DNA of 18,560 bases from an uncultured Aquificales bacterium (GTDB lineage: Bacteria > Thermosulfidibacterota > Thermosulfidibacteria > Thermosulfidibacterales > Thermosulfidibacteraceae), in the NCBI GenBank assembly GCA_964411615.1, contig CAYPLO010000035.1:1-18560 (forward strand), in the 5' to 3' direction. Shown piece by piece: positions 7,495-15,385 of the stretch. The notes below the pieces were generated by a model. That model was not told the DNA's origin. It did no database searches and saw nothing but the letters and a program-made list of their open reading frames with translations. Made by a program: the position numbers and the translations under genes. The stretch's first letter is position 1, and each line of letters opens with the position of its first letter.

Positions 7495-9356
7495 GGGAGG
7501 CTGTACTCTCCAAGATAAACTCCCCCGCAGACATCAAGGGATTGGGGCTCAAAGAGCTTGAGCAGCTGGCCCAGGAGATAAGGGACTACATCATCAGGGT
7601 GGTCTCAAGGACCGGAGGGCACCTGGCCCCGTCCTTAGGGGTGGTGGAGCTCACCATAGCCCTCCACTACGTCTTCGACTCACCGAGGGACAAGATTGTG
7701 TGGGACGTGGGGCACCAGTGCTACGCCCACAAGATACTTACGGGAAGGAGGCTTGAGTTCACAAGTCTCAGACAGCACGGAGGCATCTCAGGTTTCCCCA
7801 AGCGGGAGGAGAGCGAGCACGACCACTTCGGCACGGGCCACGCAAGCACCGCCATATCCGCAGCCTTAGGCATGGCCGTTGCAAGGGACCTGAAGGGGGA
7901 GGACTACAAGGTGATAGCCGTTGTGGGGGACGGGGCCCTCACAGGGGGGATGGCCTGGGAGGCCCTGAACCACGCAGGGGACGAGGAGAGGGACCTCATA
8001 GTGGTGCTCAACGACAACGAGTTCTCCATCTCCCCCACAAGCGGAGCCCTATCCCACTACCTATCAAGAAGGCTCGCAGACCCCATGTACCTGAAGATGC
8101 GGGAGGAGATAAGGAGGCACCTGAGCACCAAGCCAGGGGGAGAGGCCATAGTCTCACTGCTCAAGAGGATGGAGGAGTCCTTCAAGAGCTTCTTCACCCC
8201 CGGAGTCCTCTTTGAGGAGCTGGGCTTCAGATACGTGGGGCCTGTAAGGGGACACAACCTGAAGGAGCTCATCTCCACCTTCAGGCAGGTGAAGAAGGCA
8301 TCGGAACCTATCCTGGTCCACGTCCTCACCCGGAAGGGGAAGGGCTACACCCCCGCCGAGGAGGACCCCAGCAGCTTCCACGGGGTGGGCCCCTTTGACG
8401 TATCAACGGGGAAGTCCCTTAAAAAGGGAAGACTCACCTACACCGAGGCCTTCAGCAGGGCCTTAACCAGGCTTGCAGAAAGGGACCCCAGGATTGTGGC
8501 CATAACCGCAGCCATGCCCCAGGGTACGGGACTCACCCTCTTCGCCGAAAGGTTCCCCGACAGGTTCTTTGACGTGGGGATAGCAGAGCAGCACGCCGTC
8601 ACCTTCGCCGCAGGCATGGCCACCCAGGGGATGAGGCCCGTATGCGCCATCTACTCCACATTCCTGCAGAGGGCCTACGACCAGATAGTGCACGATGTGG
8701 CCCTGCAAAGGCTTCCCGTTGTCTTTGCCATGGACAGGGCGGGCATAGTGGGAGAGGACGGTCCCACCCACCACGGAGCCTTTGACCTGAGCTACCTGAG
8801 GCACATCCCCAACATGGTGGTTGCAGCTCCCAGAGACGAAGAGGAGCTTGCAAACCTGCTGGCCACAGCGCTCTCCGCAGAGGTTCCCTTCGCCGTAAGG
8901 TACCCCAAAGGGGAAGCGGAAGGGGTGGGGCTGCCTGAGGAGTTCATAGAAATCCCCATTGGCAAGGGGGAAATACTGGTGGAGGGCTCGGATATACTGA
9001 TACTTGCGGTGGGGAACATGGTGAACAGGGCGGTGAAGGCGGCCAGGCTCCTTGAGAAGAGAGGGGTATCCCCCTGGGTGGTGAACGCCAGGTTCGTAAA
9101 GCCACTGGACGAAGAACTCATACTGGAGCTGGCATCACAGGTTGGGAAGGTCCTCACCGTTGAGGAGAACGTGGTGGCCGGGGGATTCGGAAGCGGAGTA
9201 TTTGAACTTCTGGTGGAAAGAGGGGTGAACTTCAGGGGAAGGGCCATGGGAATACCCGACAGGTTCATCCCCCACGGCTCAGCGGAGGAGCTGAGAAGGA
9301 CCCTCAGGCTCACCCCCGAGGGGATAGCAGAGACCGCCTTGGGGCTTCTGGAATGA
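7491..9356 (+). CDS. dxs: 1-deoxy-D-xylulose-5-phosphate synthase
   Basis: GGHLAPSLGVVELT, WDVGHQCY.HK, GDGALTGG...NDN (TPP binding), DVGIAEQHAV, YSTFLQRAYDQ, DRAG.VGEDGPTHHG; likely start is GTG 7491 (GTGA overlap with ispA) rather than 7443. Confidence 0.97.
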   Translation: MREAVLSKINSPADIKGLGLKELEQLAQEIRDYIIRVVSRTGGHLAPSLGVVELTIALHYVFDSPRDKIVWDVGHQCYAHKILTGRRLEFTSLRQHGGISGFPKREESEHDHFGTGHASTAISAALGMAVARDLKGEDYKVIAVVGDGALTGGMAWEALNHAGDEERDLIVVLNDNEFSISPTSGALSHYLSRRLADPMYLKMREEIRRHLSTKPGGEAIVSLLKRMEESFKSFFTPGVLFEELGFRYVGPVRGHNLKELISTFRQVKKASEPILVHVLTRKGKGYTPAEEDPSSFHGVGPFDVSTGKSLKKGRLTYTEAFSRALTRLAERDPRIVAITAAMPQGTGLTLFAERFPDRFFDVGIAEQHAVTFAAGMATQGMRPVCAIYSTFLQRAYDQIVHDVALQRLPVVFAMDRAGIVGEDGPTHHGAFDLSYLRHIPNMVVAAPRDEEELANLLATALSAEVPFAVRYPKGEAEGVGLPEEFIEIPIGKGEILVEGSDILILAVGNMVNRAVKAARLLEKRGVSPWVVNARFVKPLDEELILELASQVGKVLTVEENVVAGGFGSGVFELLVERGVNFRGRAMGIPDRFIPHGSAEELRRTLRLTPEGIAETALGLLE

Positions 9357-10162
9357 GGATACTCTTTCTGGGATGCTCCGGGGGAAGGCGCATCACCTTC
9401 CAGCAGAAGAGGGCCTCCGGCGGCTTCTTAGTGATGGACACAGAGGGGTACATACACGTTGACCCCGGTCCTGGGGCCTTCATCAGGCTCATACAGCTGG
9501 GCATAGACCCATCCTCTTTGAGGATGCTGGTGGTCAGCCACAGGCATATGGACCACGTGGCGGACGTGAACACCCTCATAGAGGCCAGAACCATGGGGGG
9601 ATGGAATCCTGGGGGGGTCCTTGTGGCCCCCGAAGATGCCCTTGAGGGTGAGGACCCTGTGGTATTCAGGTACCACAGGGGAAACCTAAGTGAGATTCAC
9701 CTGCTGAAAGAAGGGCTCTCTCTAAAGGGGAGCGTCTCTATAAGAGTGGCCATGAGACACCAACACCACGGGGTTGAGACCTACGGGCTCATCTTTGAGG
9801 AGAGAGGCACGGTTCTGGGATACGTCACCGACGGAAGATACCATCCCCAAATGGAAGAGGCCTATGGGGGATGCAACATACTGATAGTGAACACAACCTT
9901 CAGGAACCCAAGGGACCTTGACCACCTATCCCTTGAGGATGCCGTAAGGCTCGCCAGAGCCGTTGAACCGGAGCTTCTGATACTGAACCACTTCGGTGCC
10001 GAGATAGTCTTCTGGGGGCTTGACAGGGCCGCAGAGTATGTCCAGGAGAAGAGCGGGGTGAGGACCATAGCCGCCAGGGAGTTCCTCACGGTGGAGTCCA
10101 ACCCCTACTCCGTCAGCAGGGCGAAGCTGAAGAATCCCTTGGGGATAGCCTACAGAAGATAG
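9353..10162 (+). CDS. MBL-fold metallo-hydrolase, substrate unknown
   Basis: MRILFLGCSGGR, HVDPGPG, SHRHMDH (HxHxDH), H.HHG, YVTDG, DHLS, LNHFG; 269 aa. Confidence 0.9.
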   Translation: MRILFLGCSGGRRITFQQKRASGGFLVMDTEGYIHVDPGPGAFIRLIQLGIDPSSLRMLVVSHRHMDHVADVNTLIEARTMGGWNPGGVLVAPEDALEGEDPVVFRYHRGNLSEIHLLKEGLSLKGSVSIRVAMRHQHHGVETYGLIFEERGTVLGYVTDGRYHPQMEEAYGGCNILIVNTTFRNPRDLDHLSLEDAVRLARAVEPELLILNHFGAEIVFWGLDRAAEYVQEKSGVRTIAAREFLTVESNPYSVSRAKLKNPLGIAYRR

Positions 10163-10178
10163 CCTTCTCAGGCTCTCG

Positions 10179-10211
10179 TTGACACATGTAGGCCCTTGGG
10201 TTAAGTAGAAT
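10179..10211 (+). promoter_or_regulatory. Candidate sigma70-type promoter elements upstream of rpmH
   Basis: TTGACA at 10179-10184 and TAGAAT at 10206-10211 in the only sizeable intergenic gap; the spacing is 21 nt, so pairing of the two hexamers is uncertain. Confidence 0.5.
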
Positions 10212-10229
10212 TGCCCGACTACGCACACC

Positions 10230-10236
10230 AGGAGGT
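10230..10236 (+). promoter_or_regulatory. Shine-Dalgarno site for rpmH
   Basis: AGGAGGT 6 nt upstream of ATG 10243. Confidence 0.8.
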
Positions 10237-10242
10237 GGGCAG

Positions 10243-10377
10243 ATGAAGAGGACCTACCAGCCCAGCAGACTGAAGATGAAGAGGAGGCACGGCTTCAGGG
10301 CGAGGATGAGGACACGCTCGGGCAGGAAGATTCTCAAAAGGAGGAGGCAGAAGGGGAGGTGGAGGCTCACAGTTTAG
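10243..10377 (+). CDS. rpmH: 50S ribosomal protein L34
   Basis: Manual translation [44 protein letters not shown] (44 aa); strong SD; precedes rnpA-yidD-yidC. Not in the ORF track (too short). Confidence 0.98.
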   Translation: MKRTYQPSRLKMKRRHGFRARMRTRSGRKILKRRRQKGRWRLTV

Positions 10378-10379
10378 CC

Positions 10380-10724
10380 GTGGACCTCTCCTTTCCAAAG
10401 TCCCTAAGGCTCCGCAAAAGACAGGAGTTTCAGAAGGTATATGCTAAGGGAAGGAAGCGCTACACTAAGCTGTTCACCATACACGTGCTCGAGAACGGGC
10501 TGGGCCACCCCAGGCTCGGCATAACCGTCACAAAGAAGGTGGGGAAGGCCCACGTGCGCAACAGATGGAAGAGGCTCATAAGAGAGGCCTTCAGGCTCAA
10601 CAGGCACAGGCTCCCCCCCTGGGATATAGTGGTCACCGTGAAGAGGGGGGTTGAGCCCCCTGGACTGAGGGAGGTGGAGGAGGACCTGCTGAATGGTATC
10701 AAGGGTCTTGGTGGCACTGATTAG
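10380..10724 (+). CDS. rnpA: Ribonuclease P protein component
   Basis: [45 protein letters not shown] (RNR motif), DIVV; start GTG 10380 preferred, GTG 10359 possible. Confidence 0.96.
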   Translation: MDLSFPKSLRLRKRQEFQKVYAKGRKRYTKLFTIHVLENGLGHPRLGITVTKKVGKAHVRNRWKRLIREAFRLNRHRLPPWDIVVTVKRGVEPPGLREVEEDLLNGIKGLGGTD

Positions 10725-10905
10725 AATGTACCAGATGTTCATATCCCCATTTCTGCCGAGGTCGTGCCGTTTCTATCCCACCTGTTCAGCATATGCCCTT
10801 GAGGCCATACAGAAGCACGGTCCTGTAAAAGGTCTGTACCTTGCGGTGAGGAGGGTGCTGAGGTGCCATCCCTTCTCCCCCGGTGGGTATGACCCCGTCC
10901 CATAA
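10693..10905 (+). CDS. yidD: Membrane protein insertion efficiency factor YidD
   Basis: YQ.FISP...[17 protein letters not shown]...G......[13 protein letters not shown]. Confidence 0.96.
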   Translation: MVSRVLVALIRMYQMFISPFLPRSCRFYPTCSAYALEAIQKHGPVKGLYLAVRRVLRCHPFSPGGYDPVP

Positions 10906-10923
10906 CCCCGTTAGGAGGATGGT

Positions 10924-12384
10924 ATGGAGGAGCAGAAGACCAGCCTGCTCATATTCCTGCTCTCCTTAGCCCTGGCACTTCTTCTGTACTTCTACTTCGG
11001 CAACAGGATACAGCAGACCCAACATCTGCCCGCAAAGAAGGAGCCTGTGGCCCAGAAGAAGCCGGAGAGGAGGAAACTTCTCGGCAAAGAGGTGAAGATA
11101 GAGACCTCAAGGTACATTGCGGTGGTGAACACCCAGGGCGGCGTTCTGACCAGTCTGAAGCTAAAGGATTACAAAAGCGACAACGGAACCCCCATGGAGC
11201 TTATTCCACCTGAGGGCTTCTTCTGGAACTGCGCCAAGGATGAGAAGCTACAGAAGAGGCTCAACTCCGGCCTGTTTGACCCAAAACTTGCAGAAGATGG
11301 AGGTGAGGTGAAGCTTACCCTCTCACTGAAGCTGGACAACGCCACCTACACCAAGACCTACACCTTCTCAAAGATGAGGTACGAGATAAGTATATCCACA
11401 GGGGGACCCGAGCCCTTCGGGGTGTATATGGGGCCCAGGGTGGCCCCCGGGGACAGAAAGGCCCATTACTCCTTCGTCGGTCCTCTGGTCTTTGACGGGA
11501 AGAAGGTTGAGGAGGTGAAGCTTAAAAAGCGGAAGGAGAGGGAGTTTAACAACCCCGTCTGGACGGCCCTACAGTCCCTCTACTTCACCGTAACCCTGGT
11601 TCCCAAAAAGCCTGTGAAGGTGAGGATAACAAGGGAAGGCGAGAAGAACTACTACGTCTACCTCTACCCCCAGAAGGAGCTTCTTGCCACCTGGGGATTT
11701 GCGGGTCCCAAGAAGTACGACCTGCTCAAGTCCTACCGGCTGAAGCTTGAGGAGAACATAAGGTTCGGAATATTCGGGGTGATATCAAAGCCCCTGCTCT
11801 ACGTGATGAACTGGTGCTACAACCACCTGGTTCCCAACTACGGGGTGGCAATAATCATCCTCACGGTGCTCATAAAGCTCATATTCCATCCTTTAAGCGT
11901 GAAGGGCTACAAGTCCATGAACAAGATGAAGGAGATACAGCCCCTCATCCAGCAGATAAGGGAGGCCTACAAAGACGACCCCAACAAGATGAACCAGGAG
12001 ATTATGGAACTCTATAGAAAATACAAGGTAAACCCCTTGGGCGGGTGCCTGCCCATGCTTCTACAGATTCCCGTCTTCTTCGCCCTCTACAAGCTCCTCA
12101 TGGTCTCCATAGAGCTGAGGCATGCCCCCTTCATCCTGTGGATAACGGACCTCTCCGCCAAGGACCCTTACTATGTGACCCCCATCCTCATGGGACTCAC
12201 CATGCTCATCCAGCAGCTCCTCACACCGGGACAGGACCCCACCCAGAACAAGTTCATGCTGGCGCTGCCCGTGGTCTTCACCATAATCTTCCTGAACTTC
12301 CCCTCGGGACTATGCCTGTACTTTTTGGTCAGCAACCTGCTGAGCATAGCGGAACAGCTCATGATAAAGCACGTATACTCCTGA
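10924..12384 (+). CDS. yidC: Membrane protein insertase YidC
   Basis: N-terminal TM, periplasmic domain, GPK, NYGVAIIILT, SM.KM..IQP, NPLGGCLPMLLQIPVFFALY, WITDLSAKDPYY, FPSGL.LY; SD AGGAGG at 10913-10918. Confidence 0.97.
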   Translation: MEEQKTSLLIFLLSLALALLLYFYFGNRIQQTQHLPAKKEPVAQKKPERRKLLGKEVKIETSRYIAVVNTQGGVLTSLKLKDYKSDNGTPMELIPPEGFFWNCAKDEKLQKRLNSGLFDPKLAEDGGEVKLTLSLKLDNATYTKTYTFSKMRYEISISTGGPEPFGVYMGPRVAPGDRKAHYSFVGPLVFDGKKVEEVKLKKRKEREFNNPVWTALQSLYFTVTLVPKKPVKVRITREGEKNYYVYLYPQKELLATWGFAGPKKYDLLKSYRLKLEENIRFGIFGVISKPLLYVMNWCYNHLVPNYGVAIIILTVLIKLIFHPLSVKGYKSMNKMKEIQPLIQQIREAYKDDPNKMNQEIMELYRKYKVNPLGGCLPMLLQIPVFFALYKLLMVSIELRHAPFILWITDLSAKDPYYVTPILMGLTMLIQQLLTPGQDPTQNKFMLALPVVFTIIFLNFPSGLCLYFLVSNLLSIAEQLMIKHVYS

Positions 12385-12385
12385 T

Positions 12386-13771
12386 ATGGAGAGGGACCGG
12401 GACACCATAGCCGCCATAGCCACCCCCCTGGGCCACTCGGCACTGGCTGTGGTGAGGCTTTCGGGACCGGACACTGAGACCATCGTCAGGCGCATCTTTC
12501 GAATGGGAAAGAACAGAAGGAGCGAATACACCCTCAGGGAGCGTTACGTCCACTACGGCTTCGTTGTGGACCCTGAGACAGAGGAGCCCGTGGATGAGGT
12601 GACCCTCATCCTCTACAGGGGACCGAAGAGCTACACCACAGAGGATATGGCAGAGATACTCTGCCACGGGGGCTTCATCAGCCCCACGAGGGTGCTGAGA
12701 GCCTGCATAAAGGCTGGTGCCAGGCAGGCAGAGCCGGGGGAGTTCACCAAGAGGGCCTTTCTGGGGGGACGGATAGACCTGACAGAGGCGGAGGCGGTTC
12801 TGGACATCATCCACGCATCCAGCCCTAAGGAGCAGGCGGTGGCCCTGAAGCAGCTCAGCGGAGGGCTCAGAAGGGCCATTGAGGAGGTGAAGGAGAGGCT
12901 CACCCGGTGTCTCATGCTGGTTGAGGCATCAATAGACTTCCCGGAGGAGGAGATAGAGTTCCTGGACCCGGAGCAGCTAAGAGAGGAGCTGTCAGAGGCT
13001 AAAGCCAGAGCGGAGGAGCTCGCCAGTCACTTTGAAGAGGCCCAGGTGATAAGAAGGGGCATCCCCATAGCCATAGTGGGAAGGCCCAACGTGGGTAAAT
13101 CCAGCCTCCTCAATGCCCTCCTCAGGCAGGAGAGGGCCATAGTCACCAGCATACCGGGAACCACCAGGGACACCATTGAGGAGGAGCTGCACATCCTGGG
13201 CTTTCCCTTCAGGCTCATAGACACGGCAGGCATCAGGGAGACAGAGGACCCCGTTGAGAAGATAGGGGTTGAAAGGAGCGTGGAGAAGCTCAAAGAGGCC
13301 TCCCTTGTTCTCATGGTGATTGACGCCTCCACCCCCCTAACCTCCGAGGACAGGCACATAGCATCCCTTGTGGCGGAAAGGCCCCATGTGGTGGTCCTCA
13401 ACAAGGAGGACCTGGGGTGCAGGGTCTCGGAAGAGGATGTGAGGGAACTCGGCCTCAAAGGGCCTGTGGTTAAAACCTCCTGCAGGGAGATGACGGGGAT
13501 AGATACCCTCCAGAGGACGGTGGTGGAGGTCCTCAGGCTCAACAGGTTCAGGGATTCTGAGTTTCTCATAAACGAGAGGCACTACGGAAGCCTGAAGGCC
13601 GCCGCCGAGGCCCTGAGCAGGTGCCTTGAGACCCTGGATATGGGGCTGTCCAACGAGTTTGTAGCCATAGACCTGAAGGAGGCCCTGAACAGGCTGGGGG
13701 AAATCACAGGTGAGGTGACCACAGACGACATCCTCAACATGATATTTGAGAGGTTCTGCATAGGGAAATGA
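12386..13771 (+). CDS. mnmE: tRNA modification GTPase MnmE (TrmE)
   Basis: DTIAAIATP, AEPGEFTKRAFL, G1 GRPNVGKSS, G2 PGTTRD, G3 DTAG, G4 NKED, C-terminal FCIGK. Confidence 0.98.
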   Translation: MERDRDTIAAIATPLGHSALAVVRLSGPDTETIVRRIFRMGKNRRSEYTLRERYVHYGFVVDPETEEPVDEVTLILYRGPKSYTTEDMAEILCHGGFISPTRVLRACIKAGARQAEPGEFTKRAFLGGRIDLTEAEAVLDIIHASSPKEQAVALKQLSGGLRRAIEEVKERLTRCLMLVEASIDFPEEEIEFLDPEQLREELSEAKARAEELASHFEEAQVIRRGIPIAIVGRPNVGKSSLLNALLRQERAIVTSIPGTTRDTIEEELHILGFPFRLIDTAGIRETEDPVEKIGVERSVEKLKEASLVLMVIDASTPLTSEDRHIASLVAERPHVVVLNKEDLGCRVSEEDVRELGLKGPVVKTSCREMTGIDTLQRTVVEVLRLNRFRDSEFLINERHYGSLKAAAEALSRCLETLDMGLSNEFVAIDLKEALNRLGEITGEVTTDDILNMIFERFCIGK

Positions 13772-14457
13772 GAAGGAGGATAAAGGAGATACCCAAGCAG
13801 GACAGGCCCAGGGAGCGGTTCCTGAGGCATGGTCCCTCAGCCCTGAGTAACGAGGAGCTCCTGGCCCTGATTATAAACAAGGGGACGAAGAAGAGGGACG
13901 TTCTCTCCCTCGCCAGGGAGGTGCTGAAGGTCCTTGAGAAGGACCCGGAGAGGGTGGACTTTGAGCAGCTCAAGTCCATAGAGGGCATAGGCACGGTGAA
14001 GGCGGTCCAGATACTTGCATCCCTGAGCCTTGCCAAGAGGCTCCTGGTCAAGGACGGCATAAGGATAATGAACGCCCAGCAGCTCTACCACCTCAACGCG
14101 GACCTGGCCCACAGGCGCCAGGAGTGCCTGGCCCTCATCACCGTTGACGGTGCGGGCAGGTACATAAAGCGGCGGATAATAACCACGGGAACCGTCAACA
14201 GAACCCTCATCCACCCCAGGGAGGTATTCTACCACGCCATAGAGGACGGGGCCTACGGGATATTCGTGGTCCACAACCACCCCTCCGGAGACACCACCCC
14301 CAGCCAGGAGGACATCGCCATAACGGAAAAGCTCTCAAAGGCCGGAGAGATTCTCGGAATACCCCTCCTGGACCACGTGATAGTGAGCAGGAAGGGGTTC
14401 TTCAGCTTCAGGGAGCAGAAGATTCTCAATGGCCACCTTGGTGGTAAGGCCCGATAA
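13768..14457 (+). CDS. radC: RadC family JAB/MPN domain protein
   Basis: PRERFL..GPSALSNEELLA, HhH-like IEGIGTVKA, HPREVF, HNHPSGDTTPSQED, LLDHVIV; full length, 229 aa. Confidence 0.94.
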   Translation: MRRRIKEIPKQDRPRERFLRHGPSALSNEELLALIINKGTKKRDVLSLAREVLKVLEKDPERVDFEQLKSIEGIGTVKAVQILASLSLAKRLLVKDGIRIMNAQQLYHLNADLAHRRQECLALITVDGAGRYIKRRIITTGTVNRTLIHPREVFYHAIEDGAYGIFVVHNHPSGDTTPSQEDIAITEKLSKAGEILGIPLLDHVIVSRKGFFSFREQKILNGHLGGKAR

Positions 14458-15385
14458 GGTGGGGGACCTGGTCCTGGCCACCCCTGTGGCGGAGGCCATA
14501 AAGACGGTCTCTCCCCACGAAGAGGTGCTATTTTTGTGCAGCAGCTACGCCAAGGATGTGCTTCTCAACAACCCCTTCGTGGATGAGGTGATTGAGGTTG
14601 CCCCACCTGAAGAGCTAATCAAGCGGCTCAGAAGCTTCAAGATAGAAAGGGCTGTGGTTCTATTCCCCACCCTCGGTGTATCTTGGGCGATATTCAGGGC
14701 AAAGGTGCCCGAAAGGTACACCTCCGGCTTCAGGTGGTACCAGTTCCTCTACAACCACGTCATCCACCTCAGAAGGTCAAAGTGTCTCCACAAGGAGTGG
14801 GAGTACAACCTGATGCTCGCCAGGGAGGCCTTCCCTGAAATAGATGTACACCGCTTCTACCCCAAGGTCTTCCCGACCACAGAGGCCTTAGAGAAGGCCC
14901 ATTCCCTGCTCAAAGGCAAAAGCAGGCCCGTAGTTCTGGTGTATCCCGGTGGCGGCGGGGAGAGGAGGTGGCCGGCGGAGCACTTCGTCAGGCTGTGCCA
15001 GAGGATAGAGTCCTTCGGAACCCCCGTTGTGCCTCTGGGCCCCGCAGAAAGGGAGCTTTCCGGATACTTTGAAAGGTGGCTCCTTCCACCACTGAGCCTT
15101 GAGGAGCTGACAGGCGTGATAGCCCTCTGCGACGGTGTGGTCTCCAATAACACAGGACCCATGCACATAGCGGCGACCCTGAAAAAGCCCTTAGTCCAGC
15201 TCTTTGACCCGAGGAGGGCCTGCAACCCCAGAAGGTGGGGGCACGATTATCCCGGCTCATCTGTGCTCGTCCCACCTGTGCCGGAATGTGAAAGCTGTTC
15301 ACCATCTTGCAAATACCAGGACTGTATGAGACTTATCCCTGTAGAGTGGGTGGAGAAGGAGCTGAGAAGGTGCCTAAGCCTTTGA
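14429..15385 (+). CDS. Glycosyltransferase family 9 (LPS heptosyltransferase-like)
   Basis: VRPDKVGDLVLATP, NNPFVDEVI, PGGG..RRWP.EHF, NNTGPMHIAA, P.VQLF, C-terminal C..C...C....CM..I. Confidence 0.9.
   Translation: MATLVVRPDKVGDLVLATPVAEAIKTVSPHEEVLFLCSSYAKDVLLNNPFVDEVIEVAPPEELIKRLRSFKIERAVVLFPTLGVSWAIFRAKVPERYTSGFRWYQFLYNHVIHLRRSKCLHKEWEYNLMLAREAFPEIDVHRFYPKVFPTTEALEKAHSLLKGKSRPVVLVYPGGGGERRWPAEHFVRLCQRIESFGTPVVPLGPAERELSGYFERWLLPPLSLEELTGVIALCDGVVSNNTGPMHIAATLKKPLVQLFDPRRACNPRRWGHDYPGSSVLVPPVPECESCSPSCKYQDCMRLIPVEWVEKELRRCLSL

Noticed and set aside
3253..9313. Long minus-strand ORFs (e.g. 3253-3921, 5493-6344, 8792-9313)
   Set aside because: Antisense shadows of well-supported genes with no motifs; scarcity of CTA/TTA/TCA on the sense strand lengthens antisense frames.
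10161..10180. Intrinsic terminator after the MBL gene
   Set aside because: Only a 5-bp stem and no U-tract; too weak to call.
11391..11400. DnaA-box-like TATATCCACA
   Set aside because: Single imperfect match inside the yidC coding sequence; no cluster and no AT-rich unwinding element.
13768..14457. radC as a marker of a mobile element or defence island
   Set aside because: Full-length chromosomal type with N-terminal HhH region, same codon style as its neighbours, coupled to mnmE; no integrase, att sites or cargo.
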